Shown here piece by piece: positions 13,446-28,429 of a stretch of DNA of 64,000 bases. The DNA is taken from contig OZ024741.1 in assembly GCA_964016885.1 (NCBI GenBank), positions 79,608,001-79,672,000 of the forward strand, in the 5' to 3' direction. Source of the DNA: Eledone cirrhosa. Lineage: Eukaryota. Under the pieces are notes generated by a model. That model made no database searches, was not told the DNA's origin, and worked only from the letters and a program-made list of their open reading frames with translations. The number at the start of each line of letters is the position of its first letter. Positions within the stretch are counted from its first letter, which is position 1. The position numbers were made by a program, and so were the translations under genes.

Positions 13446-13999
13446 AGGAACAGCAAAATATTGGTACAAAGACATAAAATTAGAATGTCTTTCATCCCAT
13501 ATTTATAAATGTTAATATATTGGGTCAAAGATATTCTATAGTTTGAGATGATAGCTCTTCTAATATATTGGATTTAAAATGTTTTTATTTGGGATCAAAA
13601 TTATTCTATAAAATGGGACTATAGATATTCTAATATATAAGGTAATGTTCAAACACAAAGGAACCAAACTCACACTGTCACTGCCTCCGTCTCTCCTGCT
13701 CTCACTATTCACCTCTAAAGTGAAAGGTAGCATGAGAGAGCAAGCGATATAAAACAATTGATGAGTTGTTGCGCACAAAATTTTCATTATTATTATTTTA
13801 AAACAAGATTGAAAGAAAAAGTATAATATATTAGGTCAAAGATATTCAATGATATGGAATTGTAATTATGGTAATGTATTCTACTAATAAATAAAACAAA
13901 ATCTAAATAGCTTGCCTAAAAAAAAAATGTAAAGAATTGGATCAAAGATATTAAAGGCTGAGAAAGCCTTTTATCTCATATTTGGACGTGGTATTACAT

Positions 14000-14790
14000 T
14001 GGGATCAATGATATTCTAATGTAAATGCTGAAAGATATTGTATTGGATGAGATCCATTGTATTCTATTGTGGCATATCAAAGATATTCTATGGCATGAGA
14101 TCAAAGATCTTATTTGGCATAGTATCAAAGATAATATATTGCATGATATCAAAGATATTGGAACGTATTAATATCATAGATATTCTATTGTATAATATCA
14201 AATATATTGTATTGTATGCTATCAAAGGGATTCTGTTGTATGATATAGGGATTCTGTTGTATGATATAGATATTCTATTGTGTCATATCAAAGATATTCT
14301 ATTCTATGATAAAAATATTGTATCGTACCATATCAAAGATATTCTAGTGTATGATATCAAAGATATCATAATGTACCATATCAAATATATCCTGTTGTAT
14401 AATATCAAAGATATTCTATTGTATGATATCAAACATATTCTATTGTATAATATCAAAGATATTCTATTGTACATTAACAGTATTCTATTGTATGATATCT
14501 AAGATGTTGCATTATATGATATCAAAGATATTCTATTGTATTATATTAAACACATTCTATTGTATAATATCTATTGTATGATATCAAATATTCTTTTAAG
14601 ATATTCTATTGTATGATATCAAATATTTTCTATTTGGATAATATCAAAGATAACACACTGAACAATATCAAAGCTATTGTAATGTATGAAATAAATATAT
14701 TTTAAAGTATGATCTATCATATGATATCAATAAAATTGTATTGTATGAGATCAAATCTGTTCTATCGCATGAGATGAAAAATATTGTTTT
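14000..14790. repeat. Diverged 24-bp minisatellite (ATATCAAAGATATTCTATTGTATG)n
   Basis: Recurrent unit visible in the sequence; also reflected in the repetitive ORF 14038-14502. Confidence 0.85.
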
Positions 14791-15246
14791 GTATGATGCT
14801 GGAAAAATTTGAACTAATAACTAAGTACTGCAAGGCAATTATGTTTGACTCTCTAAAGAATTCACCACACTTAAAAGGTTCATATATAAAATTATGTTCT
14901 ACTTTAAAAATATATATACACTTTAAAACAAATAATTTTGTATCATATACCTAAAGGAGGTCTCAGATGGGTTGGTATCAAGAGACAACCCTAAATGACT
15001 AAACGACATTCGTAATAGCTGCTGAAAAGGAATTAGAAAAAGAAAATTGATAAATATTGAAAATGTAAATTTATATATTTTCAAGAGAATGGAGAAAGAA
15101 GAATGTCATGTGTGATTGGTGCTAATAATAGTCAGTATTTTAGGTTCTATTCCAACTAAGCTTCAATGCTACATCAAACAAGCTACAAATAGAATTGACA
15201 TCATAAAAGATATCCCATTGTTTAGAATTGGTAATATCCTAAAGAA

Positions 15247-15284
<38 letters not shown>

Positions 15285-15405
15285 TGAGGGAGAGAGAGAG
15301 CCTGCATTGCTGAGACTGGGGAGACTGCTTGGTGCCGCACTCGGATTTTACTTATCTCTATACCCACTCTGAGACAAGTGGAAACCGCTTGGTGCCATGG
15401 TCACA

Positions 15406-15489
<84 letters not shown>

Positions 15490-15785
15490 TATTCTACAGA
15501 GAGGCCTTATACAAACACAAAGACTTTGATATTTTTCTGATAAAATAAATAAAAACTAGCCCTAGGCACTTTATCTTTCAAATACAATACTGAACTAAGA
15601 TGAAATATAGATTTGTGGAAATTAACATGTTACTGCCAGTAATATAGCGCTGCTGAATCAAAGAATATTGTATGTGTGTAAGTATAGATATGTGGATACT
15701 GTACAAACTTTGCTAGCAGGGAGAATGGACGGACATTAAATGATGACGATGATATGTATGTATGTCCTCATTATCATCATCATCT

Positions 15786-15985
15786 TGGCAGAATCGGTAG
15801 AGCATAGGACAACATGCTTAGTGACATAGAGTTACAGCCCTTTATGTTCTGAGTTCAAATCCCACTGAGGTTAGCTTTGCCTTTCATCCTTACGGGGTCA
15901 ATAAAATAAAGTACCAGTAATGCACTGGGGTCGATTTAATCGATTTTCCTTTCCCAAAATATTGTTGGCCTTGTGCCTAAAGCAG
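15786..15985 (+). mobile_element. Meta/MESC-like SINE copy
   Basis: Same head and core as 12853-13036. Confidence 0.75.
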
Positions 15986-16891
15986 ACACCATCATTATCA
16001 TCACCATTTAACATCTATTTTCCATGTTTACATCGATTAGATGGCTGTCATGTGTTGAGGCCAGACCAGTCAGGTGATTACATCTTGCTTGTATGGTATG
16101 TTTAGCTAGGTTTCTATGGCTGGATGCCCTTCCTAACACCAATCGCTTTACAGCATGTACTAGGAGCATTTTATTGTGTCACCGGCACTACCACCTTACA
16201 TGGATAGTAGACTGGGTGCTTTTCGTCATGGCACTAGCACCACTTCATTACCGCAACAGGGTGCTCAGTGTACTTGGTCTTGCTGTGAAGGCATTAATGG
16301 GGGTTGGGACTGGGGCATAGTCATTGCACTGCTGAAAGAAGGGGGGAATGTGGTGGTGGCCTTGAAGCAAGTTGATGGTGTCTAACATATTTTGGGGTGT
16401 TCCCAGCTTTCTTTGCTGGCTTAAAAGGGATGCTTATATACTGCTTGGAGCAAGTGGTTGGGTGGTGTCTGTCATTTTGGAGTGGTCCAGGTTTTCCTGA
16501 GTTGGGAAAGTGTTAATGGTGCAAGGGTTCAGCAGAGGAGGTGAATCAGTCAAGATTCATTCTAGCTTTCAATGCTAGCATGGATTTGATGAAGAAATCA
16601 GGAGTATACTAGTAGGTGAGGGCCTGAGTGTTGTTCCATCTCCCTACTTCTTCAGAATTAATCGGAGGAAGATGTTCAGTGGCATGCTGGCAGGGAATTC
16701 AGGAATATACTGACAGGCAGGAGTGGAGAACTGAGTGTTGTACCACAACTTTGGTTCTTCAGGTTTAGGGTGGGTAGAGGTAGGTGGTTTGCCATCCTCT
16801 CTGTGTTGCTTCATTCCACTTGAATGAGAAGAGTTCCCTGAATTACAGAATATCATCAGTTTTCTGAATCCTGGCAATATTTATAAAATGC

Positions 16892-16929
<38 letters not shown>

Positions 16930-17009
16930 CGCACGGTTTTTCTTCCTACACCATGTGGTATTGCTAGTTGTCTAATATAAGTTTAGAAGTATGAATCATA
17001 TCATTTATC

Positions 17010-17085
17010 CTCCTGTTGATAAGCCATCAGCGGTATGATTCTACACTTAATTTATAGAGAAACATGCTTTCAGCATGTCCAGGAG
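17010..17085 (+). ncRNA. Decayed type I hammerhead ribozyme
   Basis: Stem I CTCCTG/CAGGAG, core TTGATAA (two changes from CTGATGA), GAAAC, stem III ACATGCT/AGCATGT, GUC site. Confidence 0.6.
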
Positions 17086-18820
17086 ATATAGTTATAAACA
17101 ATGGTCTGTACACTTTAATTTATGCTTTTAAATTCTTGTGTATTTTCCATTCTATTCGTAGATTATATAATTTTCACTCTGGTGATATTATGTCCCCTAT
17201 AATTGAACACACATCTCTTTGTGTACTTTTCTCTATATACTGTCTTATAAAGAGCCCAGGTCTATCCCTTGAACTCATTAAATTTTAGGGGATTAATATG
17301 AGTCTTTAGCTCGGTTTTTTTAATTTGATATATATATATCAATGATAAATAGAAAGCATGCATTAGACACTAGTGTATGTGTTGCTTTCTTAGGATTTTC
17401 AATGAGATTATATGAAGCCTGTTAAAGTCGAGCAATGTTTTCCAGTGAAACTTGAGCATCCAATAGGTTTGATATGTTATTTGGTGTCGGTGCTGCTCAG
17501 ATGAAGAGAATGGACATTTGCCACATCTTTACATTAAAAATGTCCATGTCGCTTGTAGGATTAAGTTGATGAAAATTATATGGTGGAAATTACTGCATCC
17601 TGGACTAATTCGATTTTCCTTATGTCTGTTAATGGTAGTATAAGTATTACAGGAATAGATGGTGAGGGAGGAGGAAAAGGAGCAAGTAGTAGTATAGTAG
17701 TAGTAGAGTAGTAGTAGTAGCAGCAGCAGTAAATGCTGATGGATGTATGGGTTCGGTTGGCATAGTGATGGATGTGGTAAGAGGAAGAAAGGGAGATGCT
17801 CTAAGTCTGTCAATGAGATGAAGGGGTTCTCAGGGACAGTCAAGAAGTCAGTATTAAATGGAGGTTATTTGCTTAATTCTGCCACTGGACTATAGAAGAG
17901 AACATTAGATGGAGTATTTCTTATAGGTGTGTGGGTTGTTTTGTGGAAGGTTTTAAAGATTTGCTTGAAGAAATATTAAATAACTTTCATTACAGACACC
18001 CAAATAACAATGGTTGTAATTTAAAGATCTTTATATAGATAATTAGATTTAGTTTTATACCCTTACGTAGGAGAATGATAGTTTTTTGCTTGAAGTCATA
18101 ACTGAACAAGCTGTGTGCCTGCTCTGTTACCATTATATGATACAATGATCTCTCAAAACATAGACTGTTTATAAATAACGTAATATAAAGTATATATATT
18201 TGTAAGTGTTTATACAACAGATTTATATATGTGTGCACATATGAATGCATATATAAAGTATATACTATATATTGTGTTAAAGGATATCCAGAATTTTGAT
18301 AAAAGTCTTTTTTTTTTATCACATGAGGGTCCAGCAATTGTGTTCAGGTATGTTATGCACACAAATTTACATGCATGCACATATGCAGAGATATGTATCA
18401 TATATATACAAAAACAGATACATACAGATATATATAAACATGTTAAAATATACAATGTATGAAGCCAAATTCTCAGACTTTTAAGTGCTGAGAATATATA
18501 TATTAATTTTTCAGAATTTTTTCCAAAAAACACCCTTCCCCGCTTTTATTCCCCCACCCCACTTATTAAATTTTGCTATTCTATCTCTGGCAAAATTTTA
18601 TTGAAAATGATTCATATTGATTGATACAGCAACTGGAGAATCTAATAATTATTTTATTTTACATTAAAAAAACATTATATATGAAAAAAAAGAATATATC
18701 AAGAAATCCCATATTTACTAACGCACACTATACAATTATCAGTTTCCCAACCCAACTGCTTATTCCAACCACCCCTATTATTTGGGACCCAAGAGTACTT
18801 TAATGTAAGCACATACCAAT

Positions 18821-18978
18821 AGCAAAGATGTTGATATATTACCTTGGAAATATTTAATTGGACCTTGATATGTTTTTGAAAAACCTTTTTGTCCTAGGAT
18901 CTCTCCCCACTCACTATCAGCCAAATAATATCAAGGACTGCGTAAATATTTCCAAGGTAATATTTCAATACCTTTGAT
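18821..18978. mobile_element. Small palindromic MITE-like element
   Basis: Arms ...ATATTACCTTGGAAATATTTA / TAAATATTTCCAAGGTAATAT... Confidence 0.55.
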
Positions 18979-19310
18979 GTTTTTTATTGAAATATTTAAT
19001 GTTCCAGTGGCATGTTAATATAAAAAAGGAAAACTGAAGGGTGCGAATCGTTAGATAGGACCAAAGAAACAATTGGTCTTTCCATTGCTGATAATATCTG
19101 CTGGTTTGCAACTCCTGGCAAGATCAACATGAAATAAAGTATTTTACTCAAGAACACAACACACCAAATCCAGAACTGAGCATCTGACCTTATGATCTTG
19201 AGGCAAAACTGCTTTCTCACACCCTCCCTAATAGCAACCCTCCCTATACCCCTCCCCCCCCCACACACACTCCCCAAGCCTTCACCTATTCATACAGTCT
19301 TTGCTATTGA

Positions 19311-19355
19311 TGTCTGACGATTCTGTGAGAACACAGGTGAAACTCCAGAGTAACA
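19311..19355 (+). ncRNA. Type I hammerhead ribozyme (family shared with 34022-34171 and 60085-60132)
   Basis: TGT-CTGACGA-tt-CTGTG/CACAG-gt-GAAAC-TCCAGAGT-A-ACA; stem III ACTC/GAGT, GUA site. Confidence 0.7.
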
Positions 19356-20521
19356 AGACTTAACACTTAGCCATCATAAAGAATATTTAAACTCTACTTC
19401 AGTATTGAGTACTCATTCTTACACATATATATAATATATGCATATACATATATTTCATCATCATCACTGTTTTACTTGTTTTCCATGCTGCCATGGGTTG
19501 AACAGGTTGTCATATTCTGAGACTAGACTCATCAGAAGACCACATCTTGCTTAAAGGTTTCATTTTGGAATGGTTTCTACATCTGGATGTCCTTTCTAAT
19601 GCCAACCACTTTATAGTGCATACTTGGTACATTTTATTGTAACATTAGCATTACCACTTTGCAGAGTAGATTGGGTGCATTTAGTTGTGGCAATAGCTAT
19701 CGGAGCAAGGTATGGCTTGGTCAATTCTGGCCAGACTTGTCTCCTGATGTGGACAACCTGTCTAACCCATGCAAGCATGGAAAAATGGACGCTAAACGGT
19801 GATAATGTTGATGATATATAAGTACTGCCACTTTACAATATGGGCTACATGCAGTTTATAGTGGCATCAATCATATCACTTTACAGAGTGGACTGGCTGC
19901 ATTTTATTGTTACACCAGAACTCCCACTTTACAGAGTGAAATGTGTATATTTTATCATGGCACCAACACTACTGCTTTTCAAAGTGCACTGAATGCATTT
20001 TATTATGATGCATCGCTAGGGCAATAGTTGTGTCTTCAACCAGAGAGAGAGAGGTAGTGGTGACAGTGAGAGAAGATAAGAACATAGTGAAAATGGCACT
20101 GTGAGATAAGGAGCAATGGCTGGTACATGTTACTTGCTGAGGCAGAAAGAGAAAACAAAAGCATCTTATACATACTTATAGAAATCTCTATCTGTCTGCC
20201 TCCCCCTCTCTCTCGCATATATATATATATATATATTATTCTTTATACATATATATACACATACTATATTAAACATACATAAATATGTATATGTTAATAT
20301 ACTTAAGATAGTTAAGATATATACATAGTAAAGCCCAGCAGTATGTAATGATAATTTACACCATTGTGCATGCATACATATTAATTATATATATATATTA
20401 ATTAATGCTTGAAGTCAATAATCATAAGACATATGGACAAATCGTTAATTAGATGGCAACTGTAGTTTCAACCTGGTAGATTAATCTATACATAGGCATT
20501 ACGAATGGAGCTTATATATAT

Positions 20522-20627
<106 letters not shown>

Positions 20628-21494
20628 TATTTATGAATTTTTTGCATATGATTGCATTGATTTCTGGCTTTGAGACATATAAGTAATATTGTACATAAGT
20701 ATAAAAGTAAATAAAGCACAAAATGAAATATGTTGTTGCAAGTTTGTATCATTCACTCATCAAAAAAGAAATTTTGCCTTTTAATTATCAGCACTCCACT
20801 ACATTGTGCACTCCTAGAATAGTGGCTGTGGAGTATCCAATAGTCGATAGAAAATGACTGAAAATCAGTACAGTCTTAAATCTCATTAAAAATGGTGTGC
20901 TGATATTTTTCAATCATGCTTTTGCTGATTACTGGTTCATATTCAATCTTTGCTTAATTAAGTTGGAAGTCATCAACATGTAAAGAATAACCTTTGTTGT
21001 ATTAAATTAAATAAACCACAAGACAAAATTTGCTGGTGTGAGTTGTATCATCTGAATATAAAAAAATGTTATCCACGTTCATATATTCGTATAAATTCAT
21101 AGATACATTATTATGAAAAATAAACACACATACTTACACCAGCAGAAAATCACCCGAAGGGCTGTATTTCTGTTAGTATATATATACATACATATATATA
21201 TAACAGGAAAAAAACCATTAAGTTTTGTTTACATATGAGGGATAAACTGTAATGTGCAAGAGAGAAGAATGCATTGGTATGGACATGTGATGCGCATGAA
21301 GTAAAGAGGTAACCAGGAAATCCCAGTGGAAGGAAGACGCAGTAGAGGAAAACCACGAAAATCATGGGCGAAGGTGGTGAGAGCTGACCTCAGATCGCTG
21401 AAACTCACAAAGGAGATGAAGAATGGAGAGATGCTGTGCTGAATACGACCCGTCCCACCCTTGCAAGAAGGGAAAAGCAGACATAAATAACCGA

Positions 21495-24212
21495 CAGTGA
21501 CTACATAATTATCGCTGGCGACCTAAATGGCCACGTTGGACAACATTGTGACGGCTATGACGGAATCCATGGAGGCTATGGGTTTGGTACTAGAAATGAG
21601 GAAGGCTTCAGAATCCTGGAATTCTGTGATGTTAATAACCTAACTATCTGTAACACAAACTTCAAAAAATGAGACAATCACTTGATCACCTATAGATCAG
21701 GGGAACACGCCAGTCAGATAGATTATATCCTTACCAGAAGACGAGACAAAGTGTCTGTTGTAAACACTAAATCCCTCCCCCGTGAAGAATGCACCTCCCA
21801 ACATAGCCTCATAGTTAGTGACCTCATAGTCAGGATGAGACGTACTCGATAACAGCGGAGGACTACCCTGAGAAGAAGAATATGGAAGTTAAAGGACCCC
21901 ACAGCCAGTAATAAATTTAAAAGCATATTACTTGATGCTTTTGACAGTAAGGAAGAGCAATTAGAGCCGTACAATATAGAGGAACAGTGGGAATTCCTGA
22001 AAGTTAACCTGCTGAAGGCGACAGATGAAATCTGTGGCTGGAGCAGACCTATAGGCAGGAGAAGAGTACATGGTGGTGGAACAGTAAGGTGGAGGAGTCA
22101 ATCAAGGCCAAAAAGCAAGCTTGGAAAGTATGGCAGGATAGGGGAAGTAGAGAACACATCAAGTGGCCAAGAGGGAAGCTAGGAAACAAGTGTACTTTAC
22201 AAGGGAAGCAGAGGAAAGAAAATTCAAGCATGTTCTACAACACGAGGATAAAAAGGTGAGGTGTTCAGGATTGCTAGACAATATGTCAAGGAAAACCGTG
22301 ATATTGTCGGGGAGAAGTGTGTCCATAATGATGATGGTGTACTTGCCATCACTGACGCTGATAAGAAGGTAGCTTGAAAGTGTTACTACGAGAGGCTACT
22401 AAATGAGGAGAATAAATGGGAAAAAGATAGTCTGCCCCAAATCGATCCAATAGAGGGACCAGCAGTGCAAGTTGAAGGTAGTATAATAAGTAAGGCAATC
22501 AAAGATATGAAGACAGGCAAGGCAGCTGGGCCTTTGCAGATAGATGCTGAAATGCTGAAAGCATCTGGATCGGTGGGACACACTATGGTCACCCGGATAG
22601 TAAACCAACTCATACAGAATGGGGTCATACCAAATGACTGGCGTAGCAGCATCATCATTAACTGTTACAAGGGTAAAGGAGATGCCCTAGATAGGGAAAC
22701 TATAGAGGCATTAAATTAATTGACCAGGTCATGAAGGTCACAGAAAGAGTTATAAAGCAACTAATCAGAGCCCGAATTGATCTAGATGAAATGCAGTTTG
22801 GGTTTGTGTTAGGTAAAAGTACCACAGATGCTCTTTTCCTTCTACGACAACTACAGGAGAAGTAACTAGCTAAAAGTAAACTCCTATACTTATCTTTTGT
22901 TGACTTGGAGAAAGCCTTTGACAGAGTCCCCCGCTCCATTATCTGGTGGGCTCTTAGAAAACTAGGGGTTGATGAATGGCTTGTGAGAGCTATACAAGCC
23001 ATGTATAAAGAAACAGTCAGCAAGGTTAGAATTAACAACGAATATAGTGAAGAGTTTAGCGTAAAAGTTGGTCTTCAGACTCCTTAGACCCCTCCTATTT
23101 ATTGTTGCCTTTCAGGCTATAACAGAGGAGTTCAAGACCGACTGCCCATGGGAACTTCTATATGCAGATGATCTAATGTTCATAGCTGAATCGATGGCTG
23201 AACTAGAGAAGAAATTCCAAACATGGAAGCAGGGCCTAGAATCAAAAGGCCTTAAAGTTAATTTGTCTAAGACTAAAGTTCTAGTATGTAGGAAGGAAAA
23301 TAGGGCACTGGTCACCTCTGGGAAATGGCCATGTTCAATGTGTAGGAAAGGAGTAGGCTAAAGGTTTCTCTCTAAAAATGAAAGGCAGACTGTATGATGC
23401 CTGCATACGAACAGCAATGTTACATGGCAGTGAGACATGGGCATTGTGTGCAGAGGATCTACACAGACTGGAGAGGAACGAAGCTTGCATGCTCTGTTGG
23501 ATGTGTAATAGTAATATACATGAACAGCAAAGCATAAATGAACTAAGTGAGAAATTAGGAATAAGAGGGATCAGATGCTATTTACTTGAGAGAAGACTAC
23601 GTTGGTATGGTCACGTGCTGCGCATGAAAGACGACAGTTGTATAAAAAAGTGCAGCGCGATTAAAATTGATGGAAGCTAGAGTAGGCAGACCCAGAAAAA
23701 CCTGGGACGACTTGATAAATTCCGACCTTACACACTTACACCTCTCCAAGACAATGTCACTGGACCGAGATCTTTGGCGCTATGCAGTAATACAGAAGAC
23801 CCGCCTTGCCTATGTACAAAGCGAAACCTAGTCAATAGGCACCTCTCAACCAAAAATACACCCCCATCCCACTACCCCTACTCCCATCCCCATCAACACC
23901 ACCCCTTTCTCTGTAAAATTATGTTCGTACCACAACATCCAGTCTGAAACAAATGAGGTTGTGTAGGTGTCACGACAAAAAACACAGTCCACGCTGTAAT
24001 GTGGCCGTGTAGGTAACACGGTAAAAACCTCCCAGCCCACACTGTAAACGTGGTTGGTGTTAGGAAGGGCATCCAGCCGTAGAAAACCAGCCAGACAATC
24101 CTATACGAGCAAGACAACCAATCTTGCCTCAAGTGGGACAATTCCCGTCTAAACCCATGGTAGCGTGAAAGATAGACGTTAAACGATGATGATGATGATG
24201 ATGATGATGATG
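21495..24212 (+). mobile_element. Long 5'-truncated RTE LINE pseudogene (APE endonuclease end, RT, 3' UTR), with stops, frameshifts and an internal deletion near 23360
   Basis: GDLNGHVG...SQIDYIL (APE); KAAGP, DWRSSIII, DLEKAFDRVPR, LLYADDL (RT); RTE tail and (GAT)n. Confidence 0.92.
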
Positions 24213-26349
24213 AAGAGTTTGCAGAATGGAGACCAGGAAGACCAAATACATGTTTAGGTACAGAGCTGGTGCAGAAATAAATAAAGTCGGCTGGCCTGCA
24301 GGTTTGTAGGGTACAAAGTAAGTAAGCCAGCAGGCCAGCTGAATCAGCGAGGACCCTCGGTTAGAATTTGACTAATCTCTGTCTGTATGCTTGTCTCTGT
24401 CTGTGTGTGTGTGTCTAAACATACATAAAATGATGGGATTTTTACCACCACCATCATCATTTTACGTCTGCTTTTTCCCTGTACTCTGCCCACAACAGGT
24501 CCTAAGTTCTACCCTGATATGTTGTCTTTATAGATCTTTATAATATTACTTCATTATGTTACCGATTTCTATTATGTCTTCAATTTTGTTTCATAGTTGA
24601 GGGTATTTTAAAGCATAACATTCAAACATATGTAACAAGCAGAATAGTATTACTGATACATTATTCAATATATATTATATATGTACATTACATATAGTTT
24701 GTATGTTATATAATATATGTAATACACACAACTGAAACTGGACTGTATAATTCTACTGTAAAACTCTAGCTGTCTTTAATATTGCTGGTGGTAGAGTTTA
24801 AGGTAGCCAAAGCTTGCTGCTACATGATGTTATTTGAGGATCTAGCCAATAGTGTCAACAGGAATGAAATGGATAAGAAGAAAATCTGTTGAGATAGTAG
24901 ATGCTGTTCTGGAAATGAAAGAGGTGATAGGTGTGTGTTGTAGCCCATATGAGCTGGACTCAGACTGATTAAGAACAAATGGATATTTCAGTAGAATAAC
25001 AAAGGTAGGTGCAATGTTATGAGCAAAAAAATTTGCCATATGGAAAAAGAATCTTCAATTAAATCAGTGTGCATGGGCAGCATGAGAGATAGTTGAAACT
25101 ATGATAGAGTGTATTGTAAACAATGGAACCAGCCAGGCTGTGATTCTTCCCGGGAGCGGTATACAATGTATTTTTATTCCTGGTCAATATTAGTGAGGCA
25201 GAAGTAACACAGCTGACTGTAATTGGTGAAGAGGTTATGTATTGTTGGAGCATATTCTAACAGCTTGTAAGTTATCCCTTATAGATTATGCCTTATAAGT
25301 TATCCCTTATAACTATGTCTTGAGTATGCTTACTCCTGCACTAAAACAACAGCATTGTAGCATTAATCATTCTGCATCAACACTAAGTTACATCCTTTTT
25401 TTCACAAGGAGAGCAATAAAGGACAAAAGAAAATAAAGATTCACACATCTAAATGTTGCTATTGACTGGTAGGTGCAGGAGGATTTGAAAGATATTGCAA
25501 TAATATAGCAATACCATCAACAGTTAGCATAGTTTGGCTTGAGAAAAATGTCCTGGTTGTTGGGTTGAAAAGGATACATGAATGGAAGAGTTTAAATTAT
25601 AAAAAGACACAGAAAATCATGTGACACAACAACTCCCTGAACTTTTTCCACCCTGTTCTTTGGTAAACCCACCACCACAGCTAATTAGGTCACCTAGGTA
25701 ACAAATGGTATCAGCTACTACTATGGAATCCTCTGAGCATGTGAAAAAAAATTATTTCCCTGGAGACTCTTAGTGCTAATTACATCTGTGCATCTGCTAC
25801 TACATACACAGTTGTTCTTTTCTGTCAGACAAAATATGATCCCATTGTGCATCATGTGCATTCAGTTTATACTGGGTACACCATATGGCATTCCATCCAA
25901 CTTCTTTTCTGCATATTACATATGACCACTTCTTTGGTGGCAGTCCTGTCTTCTATTCTGCTAACAAAAACGTTTGTCATTTTTAAGTTTAGTGGAAAAC
26001 TATATAATAAAGAGGAGGGGACTGTACTGATGGACACCTACCTATATACTAAATTCCTCTCTGAACTCCTTGACAACTTTCATCTAGCTGACAGTATCTC
26101 TGTACATGGTTTGCATGGTTCATACAAGCCACTCCTCTACACCAAGTATTCTTAATAACTACAAGACTATGAAGCATGACACCCAGAGAAAAGCATTCTC
26201 CAGATCAATGAATGCTTTTTGCTAAGAGTTATTTCACTAGGAAAGGGCATCAGTGATACCATCAAAAGCCTGCATTCATATTCTAAATAACAACCTTAAC
26301 CATGGAGCTGTCAAACGTAATAGCCAGTCACTGTTTAGTCTACTTAGGT

Positions 26350-27761
26350 AGTCCTTCACTTAGATGGATGCAGTTTGGTTTCATGCTAAGTAGAGTTACT
26401 AATGCCTACTTTCTGGTGAGACAACTGTAGAAGTACTTAGTATTTGTGGAGAAAGCCTGCATATTGATGGGTTGCTAAGGAAAGGAAGTTAGGTGTAAAT
26501 AAATAGCTTGTGAGGGCCATACAAACCATGTATGAAGGTGCAACCAGAAAGGAAAGAGTTGGCAGATGAATTTGGAATGCAAGTGGGGGACCACTAGGGT
26601 TCAGTCCTCAATCCACATCTGTTCATCATTGCCCTGAAGGTTATAATGGAGGTGTTTAAGACTGGTACTCCATGGGAACTCCTGTATGCTGATGATCTAG
26701 TCATTATAGATGATTCTGTATGAGAATTAGGCATGGAAGAAAAACCTAGAATTGAAATGCCTAAAAGTAAACTTAGCAAAAAGTGAAGTCTTAATAAGTA
26801 GAAAAAGGAGAGGATGCTGATATTATAAAAAAAATGACCTTATTTGATATGTTGAAAAGGGGTGGGCAGAAATTCCATAAAGTGCACACATGTAATCTGT
26901 GGATACACAAGAGATCTAGTCAGATTATAAGCAGGTTAATTGTGAGCAGATGCACAGGAGAAGAAAGCACTAAAAGCACATGTGAAATAAATTTTGGATC
27001 ATTCTATTGTGTCAAGAGCACGACAACTTCTCTAGTGTTAGGGATATGATAAACACCCCAGTGCACTCTGCCAGGTATAGTTAATGGAGAATTAGAAAAG
27101 AAGTATTCACATGTTCTATGACTTGAAATTTCGATGCAGGTGTTCTGTATTGTAGGAGAGTGAGCTAGAAAAAATCGAGATTTTGTTGAGGAAAAAAAAG
27201 AGTTCAAAATGATAGTGCCCTTGCCCTTATCAAACAGGATGAATAGGAAAGTGAAGGTCTACCTCAAGTAGAGCCAACTGAAGGACCAGCTATCAAAGTT
27301 GACAGCAGTAAGGTAGACAAAGCAATTAATAAAATGAAGTAGGGAAGACTGCTGAACCTTCTGCAGTCTTGTAACCTATCTGGCATGATAGGTTACAAGC
27401 TAGTCAAATGCATAATGAATCAAGTAATACAGGAGGTTGTCATACCCAATGACTGGTGCAGCAGTAGCATCAACACCTGCTCCAAGAACAAAAGAGATGT
27501 ACTACAGATGTGACTAAAGAAGCATCAAGTTGATGGGACAGGCCATGAAAATTACTGAAAGGGTTCTAGTGCAACTAATTAGAGACAGAATTAAGCTAGA
27601 TGAGATGCAATTTGGCTTCACGCTAAGTAGATGTATTACTGATGCCCTCTTCCACATGAGGCAATCACAAGCATTTAGCTAAGAGTAAGCCCCTGTACCT
27701 AACATTTGATAGGGTCCTTCAATCTATTATTTTGTTGGCACTAAGGTAGCTAGGTGTAGAT
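26350..27761 (+). mobile_element. Degraded RTE RT fragments
   Basis: DNA similarity to the 22440-23360 RT region (PWELLYADDL). Confidence 0.7.
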
Positions 27762-28429
27762 TAAAGGTTCTCAATGGGGGGGGGCGTTTCGTAGCCCCAG
27801 GGGGGCGTTATGCAGTAGGGAGGTGTTTGAAACTTTGAGGGCGCTAGAGGCCCTTTTAGTTTGGTAAGTTTTATAAGTCATATTTGTACGTCTCTTAGAC
27901 AGTCAGTGATTTGAATGAAGAAAACAAAGAAAATAAATTAAAGAAGCTTGTTAACGAATTCCCTAGGGAGATAAAAGAAAATCAAAAGAAATCAAAGAGA
28001 ATGAAAGTAAGGACTACTTCAACAGAAATGACAAGAAGAAGCAATGGTGATGAACATACACATACATACATACATACATACATATATACACATACACACA
28101 CACACACATATATATATATATACACACACACACAGGCCAGCATTAGTGTTTGATGAAGTTGAGAACCTGGTCAACTTTCAGCCAGAAGTGTGGTATTTAA
28201 ACTCCCTAGGTAATAAAATTTGGCAACAAAATTGTTCTCCTTACCAAAAAAAAAGAAGACATAGATCATACCAACATCCTTACACACTTAAATATAAATG
28301 CATGTATATATACAAATGTATAAATGCATAGCTATATACATACGTAAATGTATGTATATATGTATGTATGTAGATTTATATATATATATATATATATATA
28401 AATCTACATACATATATATATATATAAAT

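Noticed and set aside
17420-17510. Possible minus-strand hammerhead (CTGAGCA...GAAAAC)
   Set aside because: Both boxes are altered and the stems are unconvincing
21138-21169. Candidate minus-strand micro-exon (ctaacAG...GTAAGT)
   Set aside because: 32 nt would shift the frame between two phase-0 exons; no other support
24840-26160. Possible coding remnants
   Set aside because: Short ORFs with no recognisable motifs or splice signals
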